NCBI RefSeq assembly: GCF_006345805.1
Contig: NC_043002.1
Span: 66,898,001-66,962,000 of the forward strand
Source: Octopus sinensis
Lineage: Eukaryota
Direction of reading: 5' to 3'
Length of the DNA: 64,000 nt
Shown here: positions 12,951 through 26,468 of the stretch, in pieces
Layout of the letters: each line of letters starts with the position of its first letter
Numbering within the stretch: the stretch's first letter is position 1
Notes under the pieces: generated by a model
The model's input: only the letters and a program-made list of their open reading frames with translations
Told to the model about the DNA's origin: nothing
The model's database searches: none
Made by a program: the position numbers and the translations under genes

Positions 12951-13224
12951 GTAAGTAATTTAAAGGAATATGGCTCGTTAAGAAGGATTAATAAGACCGG
13001 AACCTATTCGTAATACTACTTCGTTTTCATAATGCTATTTGAAAACAATGTAAGACAGTGCTTTCCGAAGTGTGTTTTGCTACGAAATTAAATACATCGC
13101 AAAAAATTACTGCTTACTGATTGATCACCATTAAAAGAAAACTTGAGTCATTTCAGCTATATAATATGGAATATCAAAACAACGTTTCGACCAGTTATAT
13201 TCATTTTCTATAATAGGCAGAGGG

Positions 13225-13395
13225 ACTGGAATTTAGGGAAAGGGAGATAGTCGATTAGATCAACCCTATTGCTCAACATATACTTATTTTACTAATCCCG
13301 AAAGGATGAAAGGCAAAGTCAACCGTGGAGGAATTTGAACTCGGGAGAAAAGCCCCTAAGTATCTTGTCTGACGTGTTAATGATTCTGCTAACCC
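13225..13395 (-). mobile_element. SINE family A, diverged
   Basis: CCCGAAAGGATGAAAGGCAAAGTCAACC..GGAATTTGAACTC. Confidence 0.75.
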
Positions 13396-13589
13396 ACATC
13401 CTTATTTCAACCACTAATGATGTCATTCGTGCGCGATGGATACTGAAAATAGCTTTGAAAATTTAGGCACATCTATTGCTTATTTATTGTCTCCTTTATC
13501 TCGAAGTAGCCATATAAAAATTTCCCCTTGCTCCTTAGGGAACGATACCATTCACTCTGAGAAATATTGATGTAGACTATATTCTTATT

Positions 13590-13820
13590 CTTTTATTCTT
13601 TTACTTGTTTCAGTCATTTTACTGCGGCCATGCTAGAAGAACGGCGTTTTTAGTCGAACAAATCGACACCCAGGACTATTCTTTGTAAGCCTAGTACTTA
13701 TTCTATCGGTCTCTCTTTTACCGAACTGCTAAGTTACGGGGACGTAAACACACCAGCTTCGGTTGTCAAGCAATGGTGGAAGTAGGGACAAACACACACA
13801 CACACACACACACACATACA

Positions 13821-13857
<37 letters not shown>

Positions 13858-14020
13858 GACGAGCTTCCTTCAGTTTCCGTCTACTAAATCCACTCACAAG
13901 GCTTTGGTTAGCCCGAGGCTATAGTTAGAAGACACTTGCCTAAGGTGCCATGCAGTGGGACTGGACCCGGAACCATGTGGTTGGTAAGCAAGCTACTTAC
14001 TACACAGCCACTCCTGCGCC
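13590..14020 (-). mobile_element. SINE family B, full-length
   Basis: Reverse complement gives head GGCGCAGGAGTGGCTGTGTAGTAAG, B-box GGTTCCGGGTCCAGTCCC, central (TA)/(TG) microsatellite and (GAATAAAA)n tail. Confidence 0.9.
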
Positions 14021-14101
14021 TATATACATAGATTTTTGTGTATATTGTAGAACGAAAACCTAGAAGTGTTCCATTTAGCTTTATGTTAGAAGTGTGCCAA
14101 A

Positions 14102-14136
<35 letters not shown>

Positions 14137-14904
14137 TTTATGTCGGATAAAGTGGGATTCTATTCCCGCATACTGGTTTCGAGCGAACGTATCAGAGGAT
14201 TTTTAAGTAATAAGATAAGTTTAAGTAGTGTAAGCAGTAAAGTTCGCCGATTGTAGCCTCTCGTGAATCAAAGAAGGAATTATGTGTATGTTTTTGTTTT
14301 GTTTTGAAATTCTTAAGGAAGAATTTGAGCAAGCGTCAGCAAGTCAAAATGCCTAATTTTTAAAAAAAAGTTCATTTAAGATCGTCAATTGGATAATGTT
14401 GTTCTTGACAAACAATAGCTAAGTTCAGCATTGAGTTTGTCTGCGATAAGCTGTAATTAAATTACATACATACATACATACATACACACACGTGTATATG
14501 TAAAAATATATGTATCATATATGTACACAGACACATACATACACGCATATGTGTGTGTCTATATAGTCCGACTCCACGTGACTAATTTCTCATTGCATTG
14601 AACAAGATTTTTATGGGATATAATAGTTGAAATTGTCGCAGTAATGTTTTATTTTTTAGATGCCTGAAACGTTATTTCTCCAGTGGGGAATCTAAGGTGA
14701 ACCACTTAACTCAATTCATCTGCCACAAGCTTAGACTCAGCTCAAAGTACATTCTTCTTCAAGCAGAGATCATATAACGTTTAATCGTTTTAAAACTTCC
14801 GTCAGTGGTCGAATGGATTGAAATGGTTGCAAATATTTATTGAAAGAGGGCTGTCAGCTCCATGTTGTATACTGATGCCATTTCAATATTTTTGTGAATA
14901 TATT

Positions 14905-15145
14905 GATTTCAAATTTTGGCACAAGGCCAGCAATTTCGATAAAGTAGGTGAGTCGATTACATCGTCCCCACCGTTCAACCGGTACTTACTTTATCGTACA
15001 TTTCCATTAATGTATGTATGCATGGATATATAAATGAAAGGCAAAGACGACTTCAGTGGAGTTTGAACTCAGAACGTAAAGTCCGAAGAAATGCCGCTAA
15101 GCAATTTTTCTGACGTGGTAACGATTCTACCAGCTCGTCGCCTTA
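14905..15145 (-). mobile_element. SINE family A, diverged
   Basis: GAAAGGCAAAGACGACTTCAGTGGAGTTTGAACTCAGAACG..CAGCTCGTCGCCTTA. Confidence 0.8.
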
Positions 15146-15169
15146 TTTTCATGAATATATTGCTATATT

Positions 15170-15173
15170 TATA

Positions 15174-15216
<43 letters not shown>

Positions 15217-15277
15217 ATATATATAATTATATATATGTATGTATGTATATATGTATGTATGTATATATGTATATATA

Positions 15278-15312
<35 letters not shown>

Positions 15313-16060
15313 ATATATAATTATATATATGTATATATATATATAATTATATATATGTATGTATATATATATATAATTATATATATGTATGTATGTATAT
15401 ATGTATGTATGTATGTATATATGTATATATAATTATATATATGTATGTATGTATGTATATATGTATATATAATTATATATATGTATATGTATGTATGTAT
15501 GTATGTATATATGTATATATAATTATATATATGTATGTATGTATGTATATATGTATATATATATTATATATATGTATGTATGTATGTATATGTATATATA
15601 ATTTATATATGTATGTAGTATGTATGTATATATATATATAATTATATATATGTATGTATGTATGTATATATATATATAATTATATATGTATGTATATATA
15701 TATAATTATATATATGTATGTATGTATATATATATATATATATTATATATTTGTATGTATGTATAATATATATATAATTATATTATGTATGTATGTATAT
15801 ATATATATAATTATATATTTGTATGTATGTATATATATATATATATAATTATATATATGTATGTATGTGTGTATATATATACATACATACGTATATATAT
15901 ATATGTATGTATGTATATATACATATACATATATATAATTATATATATGCAGGTATGTATGTATATATATATATATGTATGTATGTATATATTTATACAT
16001 ATATATAATTATATATATATATGTATCTATATATATATATATGTATCTATATATATATAT
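15170..16060. repeat. ~900-bp compound (TA)/(TATG)/(TATAAT) microsatellite array
   Basis: Directly visible. Confidence 0.95.
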
Positions 16061-16337
16061 CCATTTCAATCCATTCGACCACTAACGGAAGTTTTAAAAC
16101 GATTAAACGTTATATGATCTCTGCTTGAAGAAGAATGTACTTTGAGCTGAGTCTAAGCTTGTGGCAGATGAATTGAGTTAAGTGGTTCACCTTAGATTCC
16201 CCACTGGAGAAATAACGTTTCAGGCATCTAAAAAATAAAACATTACTGCGACAATTTCAACTATTATATCCCATAAAAATCTTGTTCAATGCAATGAGAA
16301 ATTAGTCACGTGGAGTCGGACTATATAGACACACACA

Positions 16338-18180
16338 CTGTATGGACTTCGCAAGGACCATAAAGTTTTTACTGACCCTATAGCAGGACCACCAACAAGA
16401 CCAGTCTGTGGAGCGAATATCGCTAGCAATTACAGAATCTCCTACTTCCTCTCAATGATCATGCGCCCTATAATCAGGAAGTCACCTGATGTGTGTGACA
16501 GCACAGAAGATCTCCTTAGCAGGATCAGTGACTGTAACAAAACTTGTGACTTGACAGGATGTATAGTAGGCAGCATGGATGTGGTATCCCTATACCCATC
16601 GATTGACGTAGATTTTGCAGTGGAGAAGTGCGTGGAGATGATCAACGAGAGCCAGGTGGAGTTCTGTAATGTCGACACAGAAGAACTGGGCCTCCTACTT
16701 AGACTGACATATACTAATGAATACTTAGATAAACATAATCTTAGTAGTTTCTGACCCAGTAGATGTTTAAGAGGTAGACCGCCTACAATTACTTCTATGG
16801 CTAGGAAGACACATATAGAAAGATGGCGCGGATGGACCAGAGCCATACGGAGCCCCGCAAATGTCCATCAGGTAAAGAAATGATCGCACATGCACTAGGA
16901 GCTAGTATAAGAGTTACCCTAAAAGGCCACACATTTAAATTTAATAATAAGTATATGCCCAGGACGAGGGGGCAGCCATCGGTGTTAGTATCGCTGGTGA
17001 TGTGGCCAACCTCTTCATGGTATGGTGGGACAGAAGGCTTAAGAATGCCTACTGCAGAAATCCATACTCGTAAACATGTACTCTCGCTATGTTGATGATA
17101 TCAACATAGTAGTAAAGGCACCCCACAAGAGAGTAATGTTGATATAGTAATAGAAACTAATACTATGGAGAGCATCCAGCAAATAGCTAACTCCATCCAC
17201 CAGAGTATTAAGGTCACAATAGACTACCCCACTAAACACCCCAACCATAGACTACCAGTACTAGACACTGAACTCTGGCTAGAAATTGTGAAAAATAAAA
17301 CCCAAATCCTTCATTCATACTATGCAAAACCTATGGCCTCAAAATACCTGATCCACCGGAACTCAGCCATTGCGGGCAATGCCAAATTCAATATTTTGAT
17401 GGCAGACCTCGTCAGAATAATGAGAAATGTGTCACGCATGTGCGAGCCTACAGAATTAAGAGACACATACAGTTTTCATTCACCGCATGCAGTTCTCAGG
17501 TTACAGCCATAAAGAAAGGATCAGAGTATACAAAGGACCATGAAGAAATTTGATAATATATTATGTAATGATAGGAATGGGATTTGCCGAATCTATAGGA
17601 ACAAGTCATGGAACACTATAGAAAGGACAAAAAAAAATAGGGAAGGCCAACTCTTGGTATGATAGCCATAAATACCAGAGTGTCATGATCGTTGACAACC
17701 ACCCCTGGAGGTGAACTGGCGTACCGCTTTAGAAGGACCCTAGATAAACTTAAACTAAGAATTAAAGTTGTTGAAAAGCCAGGCAACCCTATCAGATCTA
17801 TAATTGGTAGAACCTATCCTTTTAGTAGAACCCTCTGTACGGATAACTATTGCACTGTATGTAGATTTAGCCCACAAACAAACTGTAAAGCCAGAAATGT
17901 AGTCTATAGTATAAGAATGTATAGAGGGACAATGCAGTAACAAGACAGTAACATACGTAGGGAAACAGCAAGAAGCATTGGAGAGCGGGTGAATGAACAT
18001 TGGAGACAACTCAAGAAGCAAAAGCTCATCGATTCTGTACCAACACGCCGAACAGGAACACGGGGGATCAATCATAACATAGAGATTAAGATATTGTCCC
18101 CACATAGAACAGATGCAACAATTAGACAAATTACGAAGCTACACATATAAGAAAATAACCTAGCCTGAATAGAAAACTAG
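16338..18180 (+). mobile_element. 5'-truncated Penelope-like retroelement (RT + GIY-YIG), degraded
   Basis: LYGLRKDHK..GPPTRPVCGA, SMDVVSLYPSID, RYVDDINI, LPVLDTELW, YAKPMASKYLIH, CTVC..CKARNVVYSI..YVGK.ARSIGERVNEH. Several frameshifts. Confidence 0.9.
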
Positions 18181-18946
18181 AATGGAGCAATAGCACACAC
18201 CACAACATATGTCGATAGAGGATCCTGAAAACATAATAAATACACAGATAAATAACAGATAGAAATGAATAACTATATATATGTATATATATCTATGTAT
18301 GTATATGTGTATATATATATAATGTATATGTGTATATATGTATATATTATATAATATTATATATATATATATATATTTTATTTTTTTTTTTTCGATTAGA
18401 TTTATTATTATTATTACTAATATTGTTGTTGTACATACATACAAGCATATGTAATGATAATAATGGGTGGATGTAAACACATGAACAAAATTAGAACAAA
18501 AGCAACAAAAAAAAATAATATACAATATACAAATTACAAGAATGTATATAAACAGAAGATACAAATATTACAGGCATCCCCCACACACACTAAATAAACA
18601 TAGACGCACATAGAGATATAAGCATGCGCAAATGAAGACATGCAATAGAAATACAAAATGGCTGACGGTTAGTAAGGAGAGACACAAATAAGTGAGAAGA
18701 AAACAAAGGACCACTGATTCGGTCACAGGAGTGTGACGAAGAACTTTGGCCGAATAAGATTAAGATTAATGTAAAAAATAAATATCACTGAAGCAAATAA
18801 CACCAAATATATAGTGCGTGTGTTTTTATTGGCTAAACTGGCAATATGACCATTCCGAAATATAAAATATCTGTTTCAACACACAGACTTCACATAAAAA
18901 ATCTTGCACAACAAATATTAAACGTACATATATATATATATATATA

Positions 18947-19037
<91 letters not shown>

Positions 19038-19324
19038 CTGAATTTGTATAAATATGTACAGAATAATATATCAGTTGAATGAAGTTATAACATGGTCCGG
19101 TTTTCATGTTTTTTTTTTATTATTGTATTTTAAAAAGAATTTCTACAATGTTGAAATGTGTTAAACATTAAAAAAATATCTTGTAATGTTCATAAAGTTC
19201 AATTAGCGATTTAATTCGTTCGTGGTATTCATCAAATTTCAAAATGTATTTAACTAACAGTTGAGTCTTGACAACTACAGTTAAATGGCTGACTTCTCCC
19301 TTTTTATACCTTATAGGAGGCTCC

Positions 19325-20580
19325 AAATTGAAATTTTTGAATGCAGTTTTATAAATGTTTTGTTATCCTTGTCTAGCCTTTCTCTGATCGAGCAGATCTC
19401 TTGACCAAAGACATTCCCTCACTTCTTTTTAGAAATAGTGTGGGTTGTGGCAGAATAACCTCCCTTCGGTTTTTCCGCCATACTCTGCCACTCGTAAAGT
19501 TAGGCAAGTGGTAGCAGTGTTGTCATCTAGCTAATGTTTTTTGTTTTTTTTCCATTAGTTGGGACTGGTGCACACCGTGCATTTTCAGCCGAAGCGTTTA
19601 TTAATAGTGATAAATCTAGGCGGTTTTTTGTTGTTGCGCCCTGTATGTCTTCTACGATAGCCACTACATCCTTTCTATATTTTGATATAGACGTTTAGGC
19701 TTCATTTGAGAGAGGTTTGGTTGTTATTTGTAGCTGGTGGAAAGGACGACGACTAAAGATTCATCTTTTCGTGTTGGTGATTCAAAAAAGTATACACTAC
19801 AGTGAGCAGTTTTATTCAGCCAATTTATGTATGTGGGAGAATTTGAGCTCAGGACTGCAAATATAACGAAAGCATATGTTAATTACTGAGTTTATGTGAC
19901 TTCCTCATTGTATCTATTTACATCTTGTTGCATTGTGTACTGGGCCATTGCTGGCCTTCATCATACAAAAGTTAAACAAGCAAATGAATACATTACAAAA
20001 TGAGCTGAAGCAGACAATTTAATACGTTGTTTGTAAAATTGGGCACGGCAAGTAAGCTCTACTATGCAAGTCAAACGTCTTACAACCGTTTCTTTTCTAT
20101 CACATTCTCTAAAACATATAAACTCAGCCTGAAGCAGGCAAGCCGCAACTTTGAAGCTACTGTCAATCTTTTCCTGGTAAACATACCTACATACATACAT
20201 ACATAATACATACACATTGATTACTTAGATCAAACGCCCAAAACTGCGTATCAACACACGCAGACATACAGACACACACAGACACGTCTGTGTGGTTAAG
20301 AAACTCACTTTGTAACCGAGGGGTTTCGGTTTCAGTCCCACTGAGCGGCACATCAGGCAATGCCTTCTACTACAATATATACGTAGATTTGGCAGTGCTC
20401 AGCCATTTGCACTTTAATTTGCCGAGCAGGCTGTTCCGTTGATCGGATCAACTGAAGCAATTGCTATAACCAAATTGAAATTTTGGAATACAGTTTTATA
20501 AATGTTTTGTTATCCTTGTCTAGTCTACCTCTGATCGAGCAGATCTCTTGACCAAAGACATTCCCTCTCTTCTTTTTAGA
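19325..20580. repeat. ~110-bp direct repeat pair (19325-19430 and 20470-20580)
   Basis: CAAATTGAAATTTT..TTATAAATGTTTTGTTATCCTTGTCTAG..CTGATCGAGCAGATCTCTTGACCAAAGACATTCCCTC..CTTCTTTTTAGA occurs twice. Confidence 0.85.
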
Positions 20581-20605
20581 CACATAATATAATATCTAAT
20601 ATAAC

Positions 20606-21060
20606 ATCTAATATAATAAATGCGAATGTCAGAGTGTTACACTTTTTCAACTTTACTCCTAAAGGCCGTAGTCCAACATATCTTACTATTCTGGAATCAG
20701 GCCGACTCCGTGAGTAAATTAAAAACATCCCGGACCTAATACGAATCCGCAATCCTGAAATTTTGGATTTCCAAGTTTTCATTACTGCGATTGTTTTCAG
20801 CAGTTTTTTTTCGCGATATTTTACGACGAATTTTTTGTACGATAACAATTTTTATAACTTGGAAATATATTTTAGGAATAATCGAAATTAATTGCGAAAT
20901 CCAGCGATTATTTTCGGCGATTTTTTACATGGCTTTTTGCGACGAATATGATCATCATTGAGATATGACTCCGGACGAAGCAATTGCAACAAATTCTCCA
21001 AAACAAGTCAGAGATCTGTTTGCAGATCTTTCCATTCGGGGTCAGTTGGTTAAAGGCTAT
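20606..21060 (+). mobile_element. Possible non-autonomous Helitron
   Basis: Starts TCTAATATAATAAATGCGAA, a Helitron-like 5' end. The 3' hairpin/CTRR end is not clearly preserved. Confidence 0.4.
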
Positions 21061-21456
21061 ATACTAGCTTAAAAGCCTCCCGCTATAACAGTTTGAGTAA
21101 TGTTTGTATAGAAGATTTTTTTAAGGATTAATACATTGTTTAATTCACACTAAAATTCCCAAATTGTTCCAGCATTACTTGCCAAATATTGTTGAGCGTA
21201 TCTAACCTATTTATTTTTTGGTTTATTCTATATTGTTTGATAACGTTAATTCGATATCACTAAATACGGAACATTTTTGTGATTTTCTTTTAAACATAAG
21301 AACTTCCTTTCATCTGCTTTCCAATCTAAGCCTATTTGTGTTTCGTTCTAAATTTCGTGTACTTCATCTCATTTACGATTACGTTTATTGACTTTTAATA
21401 TAGCCCTCATTAAGATGTTATCTAAAACATGGTATTAGTATTTCCATTAATATGTT

Positions 21457-21507
<51 letters not shown>

Positions 21508-21509
<2 letters not shown>

Positions 21510-21790
21510 GGACGCGCAATAGCCCAGTGGTTAGGGCAGCGGACTCGGGGTCGTAGGATCGCGGTTTCGATTTCCCAGACCGGGCGTTGTGAGTGTTTAT
21601 TGAGCGAAAACACCTAAAGCTCCGGCAAAGGTGGTGGCAATCCCTGCTGTACTCTTTCACCACAACTTTCTTTTACTCTTTCTGCTGTTGACCTGCTCGC
21701 TTAGCTAGCGGGGTGGCGTCACTTGATGGCTAAAACATTGCGAAGCGCATTGTGACCAGCGATGTGTAGCCTGGTCGATCATGTGAAATA
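21508..21790 (+). mobile_element. SINE family C with alternative tail (C2)
   Basis: C head and body, then GCTAAAACATTGCGAAGCGCATTGTGACCAGCGATGTGTAG, shared with 63755-64000. Confidence 0.85.
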
Positions 21791-21804
21791 TATATATATA
21801 TATA

Positions 21805-22200
21805 GGCGTAGGAATGGCTGTGTGGTAAGTAGTTTGCTTACCAACCACATAGTTCCGGGTTCAGTCCCACTGCGTGGCACTTGGCAGGTATCTTCTGCTA
21901 TAGCCTCGGTTCGACCAAAGCCTTGTGAATGGATTTGGTAGACGCAAACTGAAAGAAGCCCGTCGTATATATGTATATGCATATATATATGCGTGTGCTT
22001 GTATGTTTGTGTGTCTGTGTTTGTCCCCCCACCCCCTTCAACATCGCTTGACAACCTATGCTGGTGTGTTTACGTCCCCGTAACTTAGCGGTTCGGCAAA
22101 AGAGACCGCTAGAATAAGCTTATACAGAATAAGTCATGGGGTCGATTTGCTCGACTAAAGGCAGTGCTCCATCATGGCCACAGTCAAAAAAGTAAAAAGG
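21805..22200 (+). mobile_element. SINE family B, full-length
   Basis: GGCGTAGGAATGGCTGTGTGGTAAG..GGTTCAGTCCCACTGCGTGGCAC..GCAGTGCTCCATCATGGCC. Confidence 0.9.
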
Positions 22201-22262
22201 GTAATATATATATATACTTACTTAGAAATGTATGCGTGGCGTTGAATAAATAATAATATAAT

Positions 22263-22318
<56 letters not shown>

Positions 22319-22971
22319 GGGTACAGGACGTCACCAACTGTAAATAACATGAAATACGAAAACAAGCGAGTCAAATACTCAAACAACGAGAGGAAAATAT
22401 TGAAGACAGTAACACAAAGAATGGCTGTCTATCTACTCCTCATTTCGAGCATACAATGACAATATGTGTCTTCGAAGGCTGTTGCCCCTATAACTTCCAG
22501 TATAAATTTGGGATTTTATGGACGGTCAAATTTGGGGAAAAAGATGGGACATTGAAGACGTACAAGGAAACCGAACGAAAACAAACATGGAGGATCGTTA
22601 GACCAGAACGAGGGGAAAGATAGAAAACGCTGGAAGAAATACTTTCTTTGAAAAGAGAAAAGATAAAACAGAGATAGAAGACGTCCAATCCTTAAGATGT
22701 CCGTGCAGGAAAAGAAAGCTGGTCACGTGAGGAAAAGAAAGATGGCCGATAGGCACGTGTGAACAACGACAGATAGGAAAAGAGAAAGAGGGGAGGGAGA
22801 GAGAAAGAGGAATGCTCGAAATGAGGAGTAGATAGACAGCTGACAACTGATGAAGGGTCGTTCTTTGTATTACTTGTTCTGTTTTCAATTTTTTTTCCTC
22901 TCGTTGTTTGCGTATTTAACTCGCTTGTTTTCGTATTTCATGTTGTTTACAATTGGTGACGTTCTGTACCC
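22319..22971. mobile_element. 653-bp element with ~135-160 bp inverted termini inside a (TA)n tract
   Basis: 22319-22452 (GGGTACAGGACGTCACCAA...TTTCGAGCAT) pairs with 22812-22971 (ATGCTCGAAA...GGTGACGTTCTGTACCC). (TA)n on both sides; non-coding. Confidence 0.85.
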
Positions 22972-23099
22972 ATATATATATATATATATACACAAGAAAA
23001 AAGCAACAAAAATGGATCAATATTTCGGTACAATAGATTTCTGGTGCATCTAAGTTAAGTACCGCATTCATGTGAATTCAAGTGAACTCACTTGAATCT

Positions 23100-23126
23100 T
23101 AATTGCTTTTACTGTATATATATATA

Positions 23127-23163
<37 letters not shown>

Positions 23164-23580
23164 TATATATTATATAAATATATATCGTATGTGTATATAT
23201 ACGTGTCTGTGTGTGTGCGAATGCATGTATATTGTGTATATATCCTTATATGTGTGTGTGTGTGTGTGTGTATAGATATGTTAGTATTATGCATATATAT
23301 ATATATGAATATATATGTATGCATATATGTACACGTGTGTATTTATATGAACATATATGTATGCATATATGTACACATGTGTATATACATCCATATGTAT
23401 GCATATATGAATATATATGTATGCATATATGTACACATGTGTATATACATCCATATGTATGCATATATGTATATACATGTATACATATATACATATGTAT
23501 ATACATGTATACATATGTATATGTGTGTGTATGTATGTATATGCATATATATGTATATATATATATATGTATGTATATAC
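23100..23580. repeat. Compound (TA)/(TG)/(CATA) microsatellite
   Basis: Directly visible. Confidence 0.9.
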
Positions 23581-23747
23581 ACTACAATTTTGGTGGGGCA
23601 TTATATTCTTTGATTGAAACATACGCAGTTCTGCGACGGAGATATCTATCAACGGAAGTAATTATTTTTCAATTAGTAGTCCGAAATGAAGCTGTTAGTT
23701 ACCAATACTACTAATATCTTTGAGATTATCATTATTATTATTATTAT

Positions 23748-24220
23748 TGAGTGAGAGAGCAGTTCATGCCATCAAAGTGACACTGGGGTAAAATATACGA
23801 AGCCCAATATACCCATCATGACTACCCGTCTGATAAGGGTACACCAGGCACATGCATCACAACCATATGTGCGCGACATGGTGATCCCATATCAAGATAA
23901 ACAGCACATGACCTTGCAGGTGGGGCCCAGTTAGAAATTTCTTCAGGTTGAGTAGCCCACCCCGCTCAAAAGGTCCCTGAGTAAGGGTTGTTTAAGGATG
24001 TTGAAAGAACCACCCATGTTTCCAGAGGTGAATTATTCAAACCCCAAAGAATCCCTCTCAACACATGGCTATGATGCTCCCCCACTACTTCTGCTCGTGA
24101 TCAGAGATGTACATATCGTCAGCCACTAAGGGACATACTCAACTGGTTAAGGTCAAAGAACTGACAAGCAAATCTGTGGTATTGAGCAGAATATTTGCTG
24201 TAGCCCATCTTTTATACCAA
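23748..24220. mobile_element. Unclassified ~470-bp insertion between two (ATT)n tracts
   Basis: Higher-GC non-coding block with sharp edges flanked by (ATT)n. Only one copy is in the window, so repeat status is inferred. Confidence 0.45.
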
Positions 24221-24232
24221 GACAAAACATCA

Positions 24233-24303
<71 letters not shown>

Positions 24304-24734
24304 TACTTTGAAAAACTAAGAAGCGAATGTAGAAAACGTGTGGTAGGAAGTGCGACAAGATTTTGTTAGTTATTCCGATTTACGTGAAATTTAACTCTGA
24401 CATATCTCTAAATATCTCTTTAACATTTTTGTGATTGTTTAACGGTACTTCTGGTTGTGTGGAAATAGTGTCAGTGACCAGCTTGGAGATTATGTAGGAC
24501 GAATTTTGCTTTATAGAAAACTAATAATATTACTAGTATAAAATAAAGTAATTGTGAATGGCGGGCTTTCTGCCTGCCTGTCTGTGTGTCTGTGCGTCTG
24601 TTGCCTGTCTATGTATGTATGTATGTATTGTATGTCTGTATGTCTGTATGTATGTATGTATGTATGTATGTATGTATGTATGTATGTGTAGATTTGTCTG
24701 TTTTATGTATGTATTCTCATGCTCATATATATTT

Positions 24735-25015
24735 CAATGATAGACTTCTGGGAAGTTTTACAGATTTTTACAGTTCCAGTGATGGATTGGATCTATAGTC
24801 TTCGAATTAGCTTCCTCCTTATGAATGTATGTATGTGTGTGCATATGTATGTATGTGTGTGTATGTATGTAGGTACGTAACCATGCTCGCACGCACACAC
24901 GCACGCATGCATACATGCATTCATGCATATAGTCAATGGAGCCACCTGTAAGGAAAAACAAATAGTTGATGGAATTCCACAAGATGCTGTTCTAGCATCG
25001 TTGTAATTCATAGTA
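24735..25015 (+). mobile_element. CR1-type LINE RT fragment split by a microsatellite
   Basis: VNGATCKEKQIVDGIPQDAVLAS resembles the SGVPQGSVLGP motif. Homologous to 28455-28700. Confidence 0.55.
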
Positions 25016-25229
25016 ATCCTGTTAGACATGTATGTATGTATGTATGTATGTATGTATGTATGTATGTATGTATGTATGTATGTATGTATCTATCATCTAT
25101 CTATCTATCTATCTATCAGCTTGGTATACATATATACACACACATACATTTATATATACATATATATATATATATTTACGCACACACACACATATATTAT
25201 ACATACATACGGAAATACAAACATAAATA

Positions 25230-25632
25230 CTTTTTTACTCTTTTACTTGTTTCAGTCATTTCGCTGTGGCCATGCTGGAACACCGCCTTTAGTTGAGCAA
25301 ATCGACCCCAAGACTTATTCTTTGTAAGCCTCGTACTTATTCTATCGGTCTCTTTTGCCGAGCCGCTAAGTTACACCAGCAACGGTTGTCAAGCGATATT
25401 GCGGGGTGGGGACAAACACATAAACACATACACACATACATATATATATATATACTTATATACATATACACGACGGGCTTCTTTGAGTTTCCGTCTACCA
25501 AATCCACTCACAAGGCTTTGATCTGCCCGAGGCTATAGTAGAAGACACTTGCTCAAGCTGGCACGCAGTGGGAAGAACCCGGAACCATGTGGTTGGCAAG
25601 CAAGCTACTTACCACACAGCCATTCCTGCGCC
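25230..25632 (-). mobile_element. SINE family B, full-length
   Basis: Complete head-to-tail match on the minus strand. Confidence 0.9.
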
Positions 25633-26349
25633 AACATAATACATACAAACATAAATACAAACATACATGCATACATACATAAACACAAGCATTCATACAA
25701 ACATACACACATACATTCATGCATACAATTGTGTATGCACGTGTACGTGTGAATGTACATATATCTCTTTGCACAGTTCGCGATTCTAAAATATATAAAG
25801 TGCATGAAACAGTGAAATTAATTTAAAACTTCCAAATATTTCGGTGGGTGGAGTCAGGTTTCAGCTTCAACTGGGTGGAGTCACAACACTCTAATAGTTA
25901 CTGCCATTCTACTACTTATATAATTTTCAAAAATGTGTATTTTTTAGAAGGCTTTCTATAATTGTGTATTGAAGAGCGTTACTTCAATGTAAGTGGAGAG
26001 TTGTATTAATAGAATCAATGATGGTAATTAGTCTAATAGCTAGCAATGAATCTAGACCTATATATGACCTGCCTCGTTAGTGACCGACATAGCGACACCA
26101 CGTTATAAAATTTGTCGTACATTGTGTGTGTATAAGTATTATATATATATATATATAAAACCACTATACACACTATATATATATATATATAGATATATTA
26201 TATATATATATATATATATAACACACTATACACTATATATATATATATAATATATATAACACACTATACACACTATATATATATATATATATATATATAA
26301 CACACACTATACACACTATATATATATATATATATATATAACACACTAT

Positions 26350-26395
<46 letters not shown>

Positions 26396-26409
26396 AATCA
26401 CACTATACA

Positions 26410-26451
<42 letters not shown>

Positions 26452-26468
26452 TATAAATATAATAATAA

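Larger units (their letters stand above)
14550..16337. repeat. 277-bp near-perfect inverted repeat (14550-14826 / 16061-16337)
   Basis: The arms are reverse complements with one visible mismatch (CCGTCAGTGG vs CCGTTAGTGG). Confidence 0.95.

Noticed and set aside
14150-14195. Hammerhead-like fragments here and near 13175, 18730, 23660, 29150, 41915 and 42925
   Set aside because: Each lacks one core strand or a pairable stem I. They may be decayed relatives, but none is supportable on its own.
15091-16117. Many Y/I/M/C/V/H/T-rich ORFs here and at 23.1-23.7, 28.6-29.7, 36.3-36.7 and 41.3-41.7 kb
   Set aside because: They are translations of (TA)n/(TG)n/(TATG)n microsatellites, which lack stops in some frames.
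20125-20180. Possible 49-bp exon (LKQASRNFEATVNLFL) with AG/GT borders
   Set aside because: Weak donor (GTAAAC), poor pyrimidine tract and no partner exon; expected by chance.
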